Shown here: in pieces, positions 51,195-64,000 of the stretch
Numbering within the stretch: position 1 is the stretch's first letter
How the letters are laid out: the number at the start of each line of letters is the position of its first letter
Assembly: GCF_037042905.1 (NCBI RefSeq)
Contig: NC_087255.1
Span: 34,720,001 to 34,784,000 of the forward strand
Length of the DNA stretch: 64,000 nt
From: Lytechinus pictus
Taxonomy: Eukaryota
Reading direction: 5' to 3'
Made by a program: the position numbers and the translations under genes
The notes under the pieces: model-generated
What the model was told of the DNA's origin: nothing
What the model saw: only the letters and a program-made list of their open reading frames with translations
The model's database searches: none

Positions 51195-54100
51195 GGGTCA
51201 TTCTCAAAAAAATGTTACAATTCGCAAAAAACGTGTCTCGACTATCTTATGGCCGCTAGCTTCACAACCCTGAACATTTTCTACAAAAATATTATCAAGA
51301 AAATGACAATAATAGACTAGCTCCACAAAGCATATGCGACCAGTGACTAGTAAAGCTCTAATTTTATTAAAAAAGCCTTTTATTTTTGCTTTTTGTTAAA
51401 ATCGACGCTGTCTCGGGTCAATTTTAGATTTTTCTATCATTCTCTTTCCTAAGTAGTCTGTATTTCTTACCTACATTAATGTCTGGTGAGGGCAGCTTGG
51501 TGTAAACGTCCGACATACTGCGCTTTTCCTAGTATTTGATGATCCCTCAGTGATTAATTTCACTTTTAACTTTGTCCCAAATTCATTTTAACCTCCGTAA
51601 CGAATACTGCCACAAGTTTTTTTTCCCATTCAAAGTGAATGGTATTATGTGATAATGTGTCTGCAAGTAGAGTGATATTCATTAATAAATAATTGATAGG
51701 GAATTATCATATGTGTTTCCTGTATTACACAGAAATAAAGGACTATTCTTAAAAAATAAAATGTATGACTAAACAGCTTTAACATCCGTAACGCACCTTA
51801 AGAAAATATGCACTTTGGCAGTTCTGTTAAGGATTCAGTATTATATAGGATAAGACACACCTTTCATAATAAATACAATTTTCAAAGGTATGGCTGCTAA
51901 ATAAGGACCACGTTGGACCATAAAGCATAAAGACATTAACTTCCGTAACGCATTAACTTCCGTAACATTTTTTCTTGAATATGCTACAAATTTGTGCTAT
52001 ACTGAATCACTCCGGATCATACAGATATAAATCATATAAGGTACCGTCCACCTATTTACCCATAAAAATGATAGCTATTCATCCTTGTCAAATTATTATT
52101 ACAAACCTTAATTTTAACATATCTTTAAAAAGAGGGTAAATTGCCAGCGAAAACAATTTCCCGAGAATTATATATGACATATAATGTTTTTAGAATTTTA
52201 AATAATTCATACTACAAATTTTGAATATTGGCATCTTCTTTAGAATTTAAAATTTCTAATTTCCTTTGCTATATATAGTACATTAACTTCCGTAACAATT
52301 ACTGTTACGGAAGTTAATACACTCTTTGCTGTAATTTGCTGAGATTGATAGCACGATTCTAGTTCCAGAACAGGTGACATGGCTTTGTCTAATGCTGTAG
52401 TCGGCAGAAATGGTGTAGAGAAAGGGAAGAAGGAGAAAAATTAAGCTTTCATGGAGAAGGAAGACAGAAAAACTGTTTGCAATGACTCATGATGAGGGTT
52501 AATGTATCACCGATCAAAAATGTGAGCGCAAAGCGCGAGCTAAAACTTGTGTATATAGTCTAACCTGAAAACTTTAAATTCTAACATTTTTTTGTAAAAA
52601 TGATCAGGATGTTATCTGAATAAACTAATAATGCGAATTCAAAGTGCTAGCTGATTTTTTTTTCGTATTCTGACTGAAAGCTTGACATTCTAAACACTCT
52701 TTGTACCAATACAAGGATGGGTATCTTAATTGATGCGACTGTAATTTTTTATATTTTGATCTGAAAACAATAATTTTTGGACGTTGTAATTTGAGAACAA
52801 GATATATATCCAATAAACAATTATTGCAAAGGTAAAACGCGCTTTTTGAGGTTTAGTCCCCCAAACGGGACATTCTACTAACTTTGTAATCATAAAAAGG
52901 ATGGGTGTCTTGTTAAGGAAATGATGCGCAGCGGGTGCGAAGCTCGAGCTGAAAATATGTGTCATTCCAATATGAAAACCAGCCATTTTAAGCACGCTTT
53001 CAAATAAAGAGGATATAAATTGAATAAAAAATAATTTTATGCAATAGAATACAAAATAACAAGTGGGGATTACATGTATGTACACCATCAATCAACTCTT
53101 AATATTCATGAAGATATGCTTAGACTAAATTGTTTCACTAAAATAATGCAAATCTTTAAAATTGCATAACTTCATTATTCCTTGTTCGATTTTGATCATA
53201 TTTGCAGTATTTTGTTTGTCTGCATATTATCTGTTCAGATAATATTTTCAGCCTGGATGACCCCTTTAATTCGCATGAAAAGTGCTGAAATAATCGATAT
53301 AGGCCTAATGACATGAAAAGATGGAAAGGGGGGTATTTCAAATACTCACGGTTTGTTGGAATTTATAAATGAAATACGTATTTCGATAAGCAAACATTTT
53401 GGCTATTCATTTTTTTAAATCACGAACAGGATGCGTAATTGCGTATCTCAATGAAACAAAATAATGAAAAAAATCGCGATAAGATGATATAGATTCCACT
53501 AATAATTTATGTATTCGTGAATTTTTAGCCTCTTGTTTCCTTCACCTTACTTTTTTACTATTCATTTCCCCATGTCCTTTTTTAAATGTTTTTTCCCTCT
53601 TTTCTATCTTTTTTGGTTATTGACAAGCGGCAGGATTCCTCGTAACCCAGAGAACTCATCCTGGTTACGGGACTGCGATTGTTATATTTTGTTTATTGCC
53701 AGAAACTTTAAAGATGAATTGTAATTCTGTGGCCCGGTTATTCGGTTTTCTAATTCCAACTTTGAACAAGAACGAGAATAAAATTACAGTTTCCGTTTCC
53801 TGTTTTTCACATTTTTTAAGGGGGGGGGGGTTGGCAAATTAAGCTATGTGTTCCACATTTATCTTTATTTATTAAAAAAAGGTTATACGAATACCTAAAT
53901 ATGGATTTTCCTAAGCTAACAAATGAATACTTCAATTTGTGACTTGATTTAACTTCCGTAACGCAGACTGACAAGGTTAAATGCCACTCGAGGATTTAAT
54001 GGTTAACTATCTTTGGATTCCCAGCATTGGTCATGCATTGCTAAGGATCTCAGGTTATGGATGAAAGTTATTTTAAGGTTGCCTCATTCAAATTATGAAC

Positions 54101-54533
54101 ATTAAACTGAACGAAAGATGTGCAATGATTTTTTTATAGTAATTTTTGTTAAATGTTATTTGGTAAAATCCTGCTTCTGAAAAAGAATATTGAATTTTTT
54201 CTATCTTGCAAACACTTTGGCTTCAGTAAATAAAATTGTTGATACCACAGTAAATATAAATGGTGTGTTTTTCTATTTCAATCATTTCAAAAGTGATTTA
54301 ATTGAGTAACATAAGTGAGCAATGCTATACGATTAACCTCCGTAACGTTGATATACAGTGCTTGAGTTAATCCGGTCATTACTTCAAATTGACGCAACAG
54401 CGACATGCCCCTTTTCTGTTGCCACTTTCTCATACATGGTACTTTCACAATATGTGTCTTTCAACCCATTTTGTAGACTTCATTTTTACGATTTTTCCCC
54501 CCATCAATTGTAGCATTTTTCAGAGAATGACCC
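51195..54533. mobile_element. 3.3-kb Sola2-like non-autonomous DNA transposon with nested repeats (~52490-53680)
   Basis: TIR gggtcattctcaaaaaatgttacaatt / aattgtagcatttttcagagaatgaccc, perfect 4-bp TSD TACA (51191-51194, 54534-54537), GRG terminus, eight copies of ttaacHtccgtaac. Confidence 0.75.
53085..53269. mobile_element. One-ended fragment of a TTAA MITE related to 28728-29306
   Basis: aatattcatgaag...ataacttc...cgattttgat...tcagcctggatgacccct-ttaa. Confidence 0.6.
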
Positions 54534-56067
54534 TACAATGGCGTTCCATCCTAGGTATTCCTGTAGCATATGCTAGAAGTAATATTCACCAATATTGACA
54601 TGACAGTGAAGTGGCCGTTTTATGCCTTTTTTAAAAATCTGTTCTGCTCTGTAAAAATTTGAATATTGAATTTTGCATATCTAGTACCCCTTGTCGGTAA
54701 TGTTTTAACATTTCTTAATTAGGGACCCCTTTAAACACTTATCTTTAAAATAAACATTTAGTAATTGCCTTTATACTTAAAAAGCTCTAGATTTCTTCAT
54801 ATCCTATATAGAAAGGTGCCAATTTCTCTTCATATTTTATCTTAAATCCTCTGAGGAAAGCATTTTAAATTTTTTTTTGCTATTTTTTCAAAGTGGTATC
54901 AATATTAAATGACAAATATCTGATTAGAAAAACTATCAAATTTTCCATCTCAAGTAAAAATAAGAATTTGGTTAATAACGTTCTATTCGCGGTTGTCTAC
55001 AAAATGAAACTCTCCGTCAAACTTAGGATCTTTTTTATATCGATGACTTCACATCTACCATTGATATCAAAGATCTAAAGTAGATGTAGAAATATTCGCT
55101 TTTTAATTATGTATATACAATCTCAAATGAACCCATATCCTTGAACTTCTTATTTATGTTTGAAATAAATGTAAATAAAGGAATGATTGCATATCATATA
55201 GCTATAATAGTAATAATAACACTTATAAATAATCTAACATTAACACGAATTTGTTTCAGGTCTGGATCACGAAAAATCCCTTTCTTTAATAAAATTTCAC
55301 AATAAAACTGAAGCGTATCTTTTTTGTTTTTCGCACACAACTAGATTAAGAACACACATTCATAATTTATGTAGTAAAACGCTGGAATAATGCCCAAAAC
55401 TTTTGGGGAATCGCAAAGTTAACAAGATTGTCAGGAAAGCACCTAGCGAGTGTAAGATCCGCGTGGTATTCTCCAATGTTTCCTAGAAAGACTTACTTGT
55501 GACTGATGTAAAAAGGCAGTACATCATTTATAAAATCAGTTTCATTCGTATAGCGAATCCCATAAGCAACATAGAGCAGATGCTGAAATATATCATGAAA
55601 TGCGTATAACATACAACCTATATGTACATTTTTTCTGGTTTAAATTGACATGTGGAATTATCAGGTCAACTATGGTGAAAAAACTTTCAGGCACTTTGTC
55701 ATACTGATATGCCTACATGCATTTATGATTTTTTTTTATCAAACACATGAACTTATGTTTGCAGAAAAATGTTTATCAAGAAGCCTTATAAGAAACCCAA
55801 GTGAACGGGGCGTTTTATAAACTTTATTAACATGAACAGTTGACTGAAATAACCAAATAAAACTGTGTAGTTATGAATTTGTACAGGTTTGTCATTTCAA
55901 ATCATACAGAGTTTATGCAACTCTGAGATCTTGTTATTCCTATCCCGCTCCCCACGGAAAACGGATAAGGCCTACAAGACAGTAGCTTTGAATCGCTGGT
56001 CCCATCTTTCACTGAAACAGATCGTTATTGTATGACGGACACAGTAAGCTAGCATAATGCTTACACA

Positions 56068-56309
56068 CACTGCAAAAACTCCGGTGTTGATTTAACACCA
56101 GCCCTGAATCTATATATGACCACACCAGAAAATTATTGAAGCAACACCAGTTTGGAATCAAACAGATGCTGTTTTAATACTAATTGGTGTTGTATAAACA
56201 CCTATTTGGTGTTAGACCAAAACGAAACTGGTGTTGTTTAACACTTCTCTGGTGTGGACATATATATATTACCGGCTGGTATTAAATCAACACCAGAGTT
56301 TTTGCAGTG
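56068..56309. mobile_element. CACTA/EnSpm-like MITE
   Basis: ~35-bp TIR cactgcaaaaactccggtgttgatttaacaccagcc / ggctggtattaaatcaacaccagagtttttgcagtg, with internal acacca/tggtgt repeats. Confidence 0.85.
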
Positions 56310-58868
56310 TAACTGCAATGGTGTTGTAAAGAAAATGAAAAAAATTGTATTGAACATATACCGATTTATGTTCCTCCCTCTCCGTGCGGGACAGCGAAAA
56401 ATACTAATCGGCTACCGGTCTCCAACATCCGGAGAGTTTCAGATCTGACTCCCTATGGTAGCTGCGAAAAAACAGACATTAATTCTCAGGACAGCAATAT
56501 TTTATCATGTTTCCAGTCGAAGCATTTCTATTGAATCCTTATGTTTCCTGCCCTGTCACGCCAATTTCCTGCGCCAAGTCTCCAGGGACTGGAGCTGAAT
56601 TGTGGTTATTTGTGCCTCCCCTGGTACCTCAGGGTGTCCTCTGGGGTTACGCAGGAACTTGTATGTTCTTCTGTTCTATTTCCAAATTGATGAAGAAAGG
56701 AGACACAATGCTTTATTTTCTTATCATGGCGTTGTAGCTGTTAGGGGAATGACTTTGTATATGGCTCGATAGTCATCAGCAGTTGATCGCCGCCTGGAGA
56801 ATGTGACTGATGTATCCAAGGACTGTAATAAAACGCAACGACTTATACCCAATAATTATCTCTCTACAGTTGCTTTTCAAGCCGTAGGTGCTTTCTCGTA
56901 AGAACGATGATCATGATGATGTTAGAGATCATTGCTATTTCCTAGAATGGGCAAGTAAGTATACAGTGTTTTAGACACGATTTAATCCATGAAAAATATA
57001 AATAAATAAATGTCCTCTAAATGTTAATTTTGGACTTCCTTTTATATTGCCGTTGTATAGCAATGATAATAATAATAACGATACAACAAATACCGCAATC
57101 CCTATAATATATACTTGTTATTTCCATGACCAGTGTATTTTGTTTTATTTCGATATTGTTGTGTTTTCATGACATTCGATGTATGTGGTATTTTTTAATG
57201 AAAATCTGTAATTTACTTTTTGTTGAATAAACCATATCTATTGTATTCTATTCTATTTTCATCATCATCTTTATTATCATTATTAATATTTTACGATTTT
57301 CAATGCGAATTTCATTCTTAATATGACAGTCTATTACAGACATTTGTAATCGTTTATTGATGTTATTGTTAATATTACTATTATTAATTCATTTTAAACA
57401 ATATTCAGTGTTGTTGTTATTATAAGAAGGTGAACCAATAAAATGGGGTTCGATTTGCTCCTAAAAAAAGAAAATAGTGAGGTAAAATTAACTAGCAAAT
57501 TTAACAAATTTTATTCCACGTGGGACCCCCAAAATCGTCGCATCAGAGAGACTTTCATGAAGATTATGTAGGTCATCCACATCACGGCTTGCGTATGATT
57601 CGATCCTACACATTCTGACATTGCATAATATCTTGACAAGCAATGTAGTCAATTTTTAGGAAGGATTTTAGGACAATGTAAGTAAAAACAAAAATGAACA
57701 AACCGAAAGTCAAATTTGTTGAAAGTTCCGTTTTTTCTGGCTACTATGTGATACTTGTCTTGAACCTTGTTTGTGGTGATGCATGTTAATCCAAGCAAAT
57801 ATGGAGAAGGATTTGCAATTGGGATATGGTTCTTAGCTCAGAGGTATAAAGCTAAGATTTCTAAACCAGATTGATGGATAGGTAATGCGAGAATTAGATT
57901 GATGACGCCTGGCAATAGGAGAAGTTTAATACAATGCCAGGTGAGATTCTATAGGAGTATGATACCTCTAGAGTAATGGTATACACCTCCAATTGGTGGG
58001 GATTGGGTGGAGAGGGTGGAGGGGGGGGGGGGCATGTCCACCCTTTTTCTCTATGTGCAAGATAGCTCGTTGACAGATAATGGATAACAAAGCAATTGCA
58101 TATTTAATCGACAAATACAATATATCCATTCCCCACACATTTTGTTTTTAATATCTTCGAGGGTTTAGTTGAAATTACGTTTCGGTGAAAAAAAAAGCTT
58201 TTAAAACTATCATGTATTATCAAGGCGTGTATAAAGTGTATTGGTGACTTTAAAATTCAAGGTTAATTGATTCAACCCATAGAGATTAGATGTTTTATTA
58301 AGTGGTCTTCCTCATAATATTTTGAAGCAATATAGCAAACGAAGAAAATAAAACCCGAGAATAATAAGCAGGCGAAGAATGGGTAGAAATAGGAAAGGGT
58401 AAAAGAAGAAAAATATGAGAAAAGAATAAGAAATAGGAGAAGACGGAGGAGAAGAAGAAGAAGAAGAAAAAGAAGAAAGTGAAATAGAAGCAGAAAAAAT
58501 AATGAGAAGCAGAAATATTTAGGAAATGAACTGAATAAAGTCAAATAAATGGAAAAAATACTTTGTACATGAACGATCACGATTAGAGGAAAGTGATCAG
58601 AGATCGAGGGGAAAGAGAGCAGTAAACCTGTCTCAAAAAAAAGTTTTAGTTTTATGGATGACATGTCATTTAAATTGAAATCAAATCCATTCCTGGATGT
58701 TTATCTGGAAAATGACACAATATATATCATCGTCTAATTGACGATACCTTTAGAGAGATAAAAATACATATAAAGATATGGTGTCGGGCTTTATTTCGTC
58801 TTAGAAGAAGAGTTTGGATTGTAATAGGGTTTCATGTTATATAGGTTTAGTGTTAGGTATAGGATAGG

Positions 58869-59622
58869 GTAGGGGGAGGCGGGGTAAGTTGTGACACCTC
58901 TTGCATTTTCCATGTTATAATTGATATAATTAATAATCTTGTAGAAATAAGTGCCTTGCCTTTAAATTTAATTCTTGGGAAATATTTTTCATCTATATAT
59001 AACTTTCTACCCCCACATTGAAAGTCATTGTTCTCTCTGAAAAAAAAACCCGATGTCAAATGGCTCAACTTGCCCCATCTGTGGGGTAAGTTGTACCGTC
59101 TTCTAGGGTAAGATGAGCTATAAACTATTTAGCAAATTTATGCAGGAAGGACCAGCATGTCAATTTTTTTTATTTACTATTACTATACATTACCATAAGA
59201 ATTACCATGGCTCAACTTGCCCTATGTTGGCTGGCTCAAATTACCCCAGTCCGAACTTAATGCGATATTTTCACATCCACACATTTCTTATGCATTCATC
59301 AGGTAAAAGACTATGACAAGAATGAGAATCCATACCTGGACTAACAGTGTTGTTCTTATTTCTTTATTATATTTGAAGACGTGTGTGGGTAAAAAGTTCT
59401 TCTCTATCTCACATTTTTTGGCTTTTTATGGCTGAAATTTGAATTTTCCCCTAAAAAGTACTTTTTGTTTCAAAGTTGAAAACAATGTGGTGGGGTAAAG
59501 GGTTATGTAATGGGTCATGTCATAAATATATGACACCACCACAATGTCTGACTCATTCATTATTGGCCTGGGGATGGTGGCTCAACTTACCCATATGTTC
59601 AACTTACCCCGCCTTCCCCTAC
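58869..59622. mobile_element. pogo/Tc1-like MITE with reiterated terminal motif
   Basis: TIR gtagggggaggcggggtaagttg / caacttaccccgccttcccctac. Internal copies of (ggct)caacttRccc at 59062, 59209, 59234 and 59579. Confidence 0.8.
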
Positions 59623-60633
59623 AGTGTTACATCCAGTGTTGAAGTTGGTTATTCCATTAATGTGTGGAATTTGCAGCGGAACAATTGTCGCCGGAGCAAA
59701 TGTCATGAAACCGTGAACTTCAGTTCATTCTTCAGACGTATTGCCCCAACTGCATAATATACATGGCAGGTGGATTTGACGGACAAACAGGGAAAAGTGA
59801 GAAAGAGAGAGAGGGGGGGGGGGGGGGAGAAGGGAGAGAAGGGGGAGAATGAGAGATTGTGATATATAGAGATAGAGGGGAAAAAGGAGGGGGAGGGTGA
59901 GCGAACGAGCGCGGGAGAGAAGAGGAAACACCAAAACGATTTTTTTTTCCCCGCTTGATAGCAATAAACAAACTCTTTCTACTGTCATTTTATTTCAAGA
60001 CACGAATATTTCAGTCAAGTTGTTGATAAATCAAATAATAATGAAAATCACTTGCGGCTACCTCATTCCTCTTTGGAAACGAAATCAGGGACTCGTTCTT
60101 TGATGTATTAGAATACGCAAAACGTTGACACTGACTTGTCTTTTAATGGTGACGTGGTGAAGAGCAAAAAGGGTAGGACCGGTCGGGTGACTACGGGCGA
60201 AATCAGGTTCACCGTATGGACATGAATTGCTAATGAAAGGAAGGCAGTATGACCAGTCAGCCAGGTGATGAAGATGTCAAAAAGATAATTCAATCCAAAC
60301 TTAAAGGTCTTATTCACGAATCTAAGAGTAGTCCATCATATATCCAGAAACCTTTTATGAACTATTATTGCTATTCAAGAGGTATTGAAGAAAGAGAGAT
60401 ATGGGAGAGAGGGGGGGGGGGGGGGGAGGGGGGGGGGGGAGAGGTAGAGGAAAGAGGCGAAATGAAAGTGAGAGGGGAGATAAAATGATTGAATGAACAC
60501 TTTGCATAATGCAAATGATGAGTATAATTTTTTTACTGGTTATTACCTTAGACATGATAGACTAGTATTGATACTTATCCTTCAGATATTAGTTTAAATG
60601 TTGATTTAATAATAATAAAATAATAATGATGAT

Positions 60634-60781
60634 NNNNNNNNNNNNNNNNNNNNNNNNNNNNNNNNNNNNNNNNNNNNNNNNNNNNNNNNNNNNNNNNNNN
60701 NNNNNNNNNNNNNNNNNNNNNNNNNNNNNNNNNNNNNNNNNNNNNNNNNNNNNNNNNNNNNNNNNNNNNNNNNNNNNNNNN
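60634..60781. other. Assembly gap
   Basis: Run of N. Confidence 1.
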
Positions 60782-61561
60782 CAATATTCATTTCGTATTT
60801 CATTAAATGAAATATGAAATATTATATTTTGTTGTTGTTGTAATGTGAAACAAAGTTTCATTCCTCCATGAACATGTGGAATTACCGTTGTTTTAGCATT
60901 TTGTGGGTCAGTAAAGTTGCTACCTATTGTCAAATCTGTAATAATTGAAATATCATATAGTAATATCAATAATAATAGTTATAATAATGAACCAACAAAA
61001 TAAACAGTGAGTAAGGAACATCATCTACTCTTTGATTTGCAGATCACTGAGCTGTGCATAGGATTGTTTTTTTTAAACATAAGCGAAGCTCAAAAATGTT
61101 ATAGCTTTATTAATTTACATCCAATTTTGATGAAATTTAGCCTTTATGCTTCTTTCATTTATCTATTGTGCTTCACATCAAATGTCTGGGATGGACTTTA
61201 ACTTTATAACCAAAATAATTACAGTACACCTCGGTACCTGATAACCTTTTTCTATGTACTATAAGTGAAGTGTTTGTGAAAGCGAGCATTGGTAAATACT
61301 ATAATACTATCACAATTGGTTTGTTTATTGCATTTGACTGAAGTTGGTAATCTTTTTACAAGTTTTGCATGAATGGAAAAAAACTCCAAGATGAATATGA
61401 AATTTTGTTTTCATCGGTTTCCTACTTAAAATAGCCAACACAAGAGGGGTTAAGAGACGTTGATCTGTTAAAGTGATGACAGAAATTATCATTATTTGTG
61501 AAAGAAATAAAAAAATCACTCGGCCTCTGATCTGTTGTGTCTTGTTTTCAGGAGATGGTCT

Positions 61562-61573
61562 ACGCATGCGCAG
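61562..61573. promoter_or_regulatory. NRF1/P3A2-like motif
   Basis: ACGCATGCGCAG at the start of a GC-balanced unique segment. Similar GCATGCGCAG at 32590. Confidence 0.35.
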
Positions 61574-64000
61574 TTCGAAGAAAGCTAAAATAGAAGCGAC
61601 GGGCTAAGGGGTCCATTTCAGAATGTCTTAGCAGGATCACATGTCCTGTGAAGTGACTATTAAAACGAGACCGCAGCCGGAAGCCTGGGCTAAGATTACG
61701 TTTGATGAGGGAGGGCACCCGGTGAAAAGGGAAGTCTCAAAGCAGGATTCCGAAGACCATCGGGGACTCAAGGAAGGAAACTGTACAGAGATAGAATGAA
61801 ACAAATTAGGGGATCAGGATAAGGGCTGGTGTCTCTAGTGTACCCCCTCCCCAAAGACTCATGGATGAAAGACGGGAAGATAGTGTTCGAGCAGGAAGCG
61901 ATGAATGTGGAATGAAGGAATTAGAAGGTTTATTGGTTGATTGCAATGAACAGAGTGCCTGACCATCAGAATAAGAAATGATAAAAAATAACACGTATAA
62001 GAATTGTACTTTCTTTAAAGTGAATCGAATAAAAGCTTTCTAAGAAATCTCATAATAAATAAGAAAACTATGATTCAGACAACAATCATGGCTATGCTAG
62101 CGGACCATTAGTAACGCATCCACAGACTCAAGAATATATATTCTGACACGTTTCTATAAACCCAATGAAATGAAATTAACGTTTATTTCAGTTAGGTTCA
62201 TCCAATTTCATTATAGGAGCCTACAAATTAGTTGAACGTAATGGTTCGTACATCGTACAACTGAGCTGTGTTTGAGACGCCGAATAAAAAAAAAACCGTT
62301 TTGTTTGATACTATCATCATAACAAATCGAATAAATACATTATAAAGTTTAATACTCAAGGACGCGGATCAAAGTGCTGTAGAAGATAAAAGAGAAATGT
62401 AATAAAGTAATTCTTGAACTTTTTCCCACAAACACTTACCACAATCATTATTAGACCAACGATCTTGAAAACTTGTTGAACTTGTCATTTAAAATACCAA
62501 CTGGAATTGTATCGGCGAGATTTTGGTATATAAACTAGTGGAGTCTGTGTATTTCCGTGCCAAAATATATTATAAAAAATACTGTACAGACTATTTAAAG
62601 AATGACTTTATATTGTTTTTTCTGTCTTTCTTTCTTCCCCTCTTATTACATGTCCTTCCATAACCTCAATCTCACTTCAGAGATCCCTTATGTCCACAAA
62701 CCCATCTTATCCATGCCCAACTCTCACTCACAAACCTTAGGCATGTTAGAAAGAAGATACTGACTGAATTTTCTTGATGAAACAATTTCTACATGCCATT
62801 TTATCGATTACAGATTATTTTCATCGCTCGAGAAAGTCGAATACACCCTTTTTTTGTCCAAAAAGTGAATGAATGTCGCAGACAGTCAAAGCCAAAAAGA
62901 AGGAAAAAAAGAAGGAAAAAGAACTTTAATAAAAAGAGAAAGTGTGCGCGTGTGTGTGTATGGGTATTTCCGTGAGGGTGGTCGGATGCGTGTGTACCTG
63001 GATGTACGGTGTGCGTTAAAAATAGACCTACTCAGATCATGTGTCATGCTTATTCAAATTCAATTATATCATATCTTTGAAATGACAGAAAATAGGCCTT
63101 AAGTGAGAATCTGAGAGAAAGATAGAAATGGAAAACTTATGAAAAATATCATATATTGTACATGCCTCAATTTTTATAAGTTTCATTTGCAAATGTCATT
63201 TTAATTATTTTCAACTATTTTACTTTGTTCTGTTGAAAATGAAATAAAACTAAATTTATTTAATTGAGAAAAAAAAAGCTCGCAGTACATCTAAGTTAAC
63301 GTTGCCGTGGACTTTTTAGATTGGTATGCACTATTATACACTAAATGACTATAAAAAAATATGTTCATGAATGGACAATGGCATGCACTTTGCTTACAGC
63401 GCATGTCGGTGGTGAAAAGTGCTTTAATATGACATGACCATGCCATTTCCTTTTCCGCCTCTCTCTATCAAAGAACTTCATTTGCATTTTATCACGTGAA
63501 TTTCACAATGATGTATCGATCCGATATCGATTTCCCCTCCATTTGTATCTTTCGACGGAGGGAGATTTAAAGATGAGGAAAAAGAGAAAATCTCGTGCAA
63601 GGCACCACGAGGATAGCAGGGACAATATGAAAAAAAAGTGGAAAAGGGCTGCCACAAAATGGGAATTTTATTCGGTAAGTATCGATAAAAATCGTTTAAT
63701 ATTTAGTGTGGAATACAAAGACAAAATAAACCATTGACGGTGCAAATCTCTCGACGCAGGGTGAACGCATTTCTATGGTACTTTAAAGGGTTTTGCCATA
63801 TGTCTTTGTAGGTAGAGGATTCTCTGTATAAAGCTAGAGAATAAAGGCAGATAAGAAAATAAAATTCCACAAATACATTCCGACAAACTCCAATAAATCA
63901 ATGATATACAAATTTGAGCGTGAAGTGAAGACAAAATTAGCAATAAAACATTAGTCGTCACACTGCCTTGTTGTTAGTGGAGTAGATGAACATTTGAAAT

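Noticed and set aside
24405-60555. Many F/L/S-rich 'membrane protein' ORFs on the minus strand and K/E/R-rich ORFs on plus
   Set aside because: They are translations of (GA)n/(GAA)n purine tracts and other low-complexity DNA.

Overview
AT-rich, repeat-dense animal genomic DNA, most likely from a sea urchin (echinoid). That call is inferred from the gene found and the repeat types. Only one host protein-coding gene is supportable. It is a spliced neuropeptide precursor (Np18-type) rebuilt by hand from four GT-AG exons on + (9252-9302, 10341-10373, 11168-11215, 11612-11784). These encode ...CSLQFETTQDRVPAKR-LFWVD-KK-DHPVDTDFFTVRANDAEEILD-[8-Cys domain]-FKRYDVGVSDIPSVH*. The signal-peptide exon was not located. 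The remaining ~52 kb is non-coding. It holds nested non-autonomous DNA transposons (Harbinger-, Kolobok-, hAT-, Tc1/pogo-, CACTA-, Academ- and Sola2-like), LINE 3' fragments, tRNA-derived SINEs, microsatellites, two assembly gaps and a few strong TF motifs (CTCF, RFX X-boxes). Three observations stand out: (1) a tandem TRIM-like repeat whose units carry a tRNA cloverleaf with a UCA (UGA-reading) anticodon and its own Pol III terminator; (2) three independent cases of same-family Harbinger-type MITEs sitting next to or inside each other in inverted orientation, one with a templated-repair footprint; (3) the symmetric micro-exon design of Np18. Most ORFs in the supplied track are spurious. Family names come from termini, TSD rules and recall, not from database searches.
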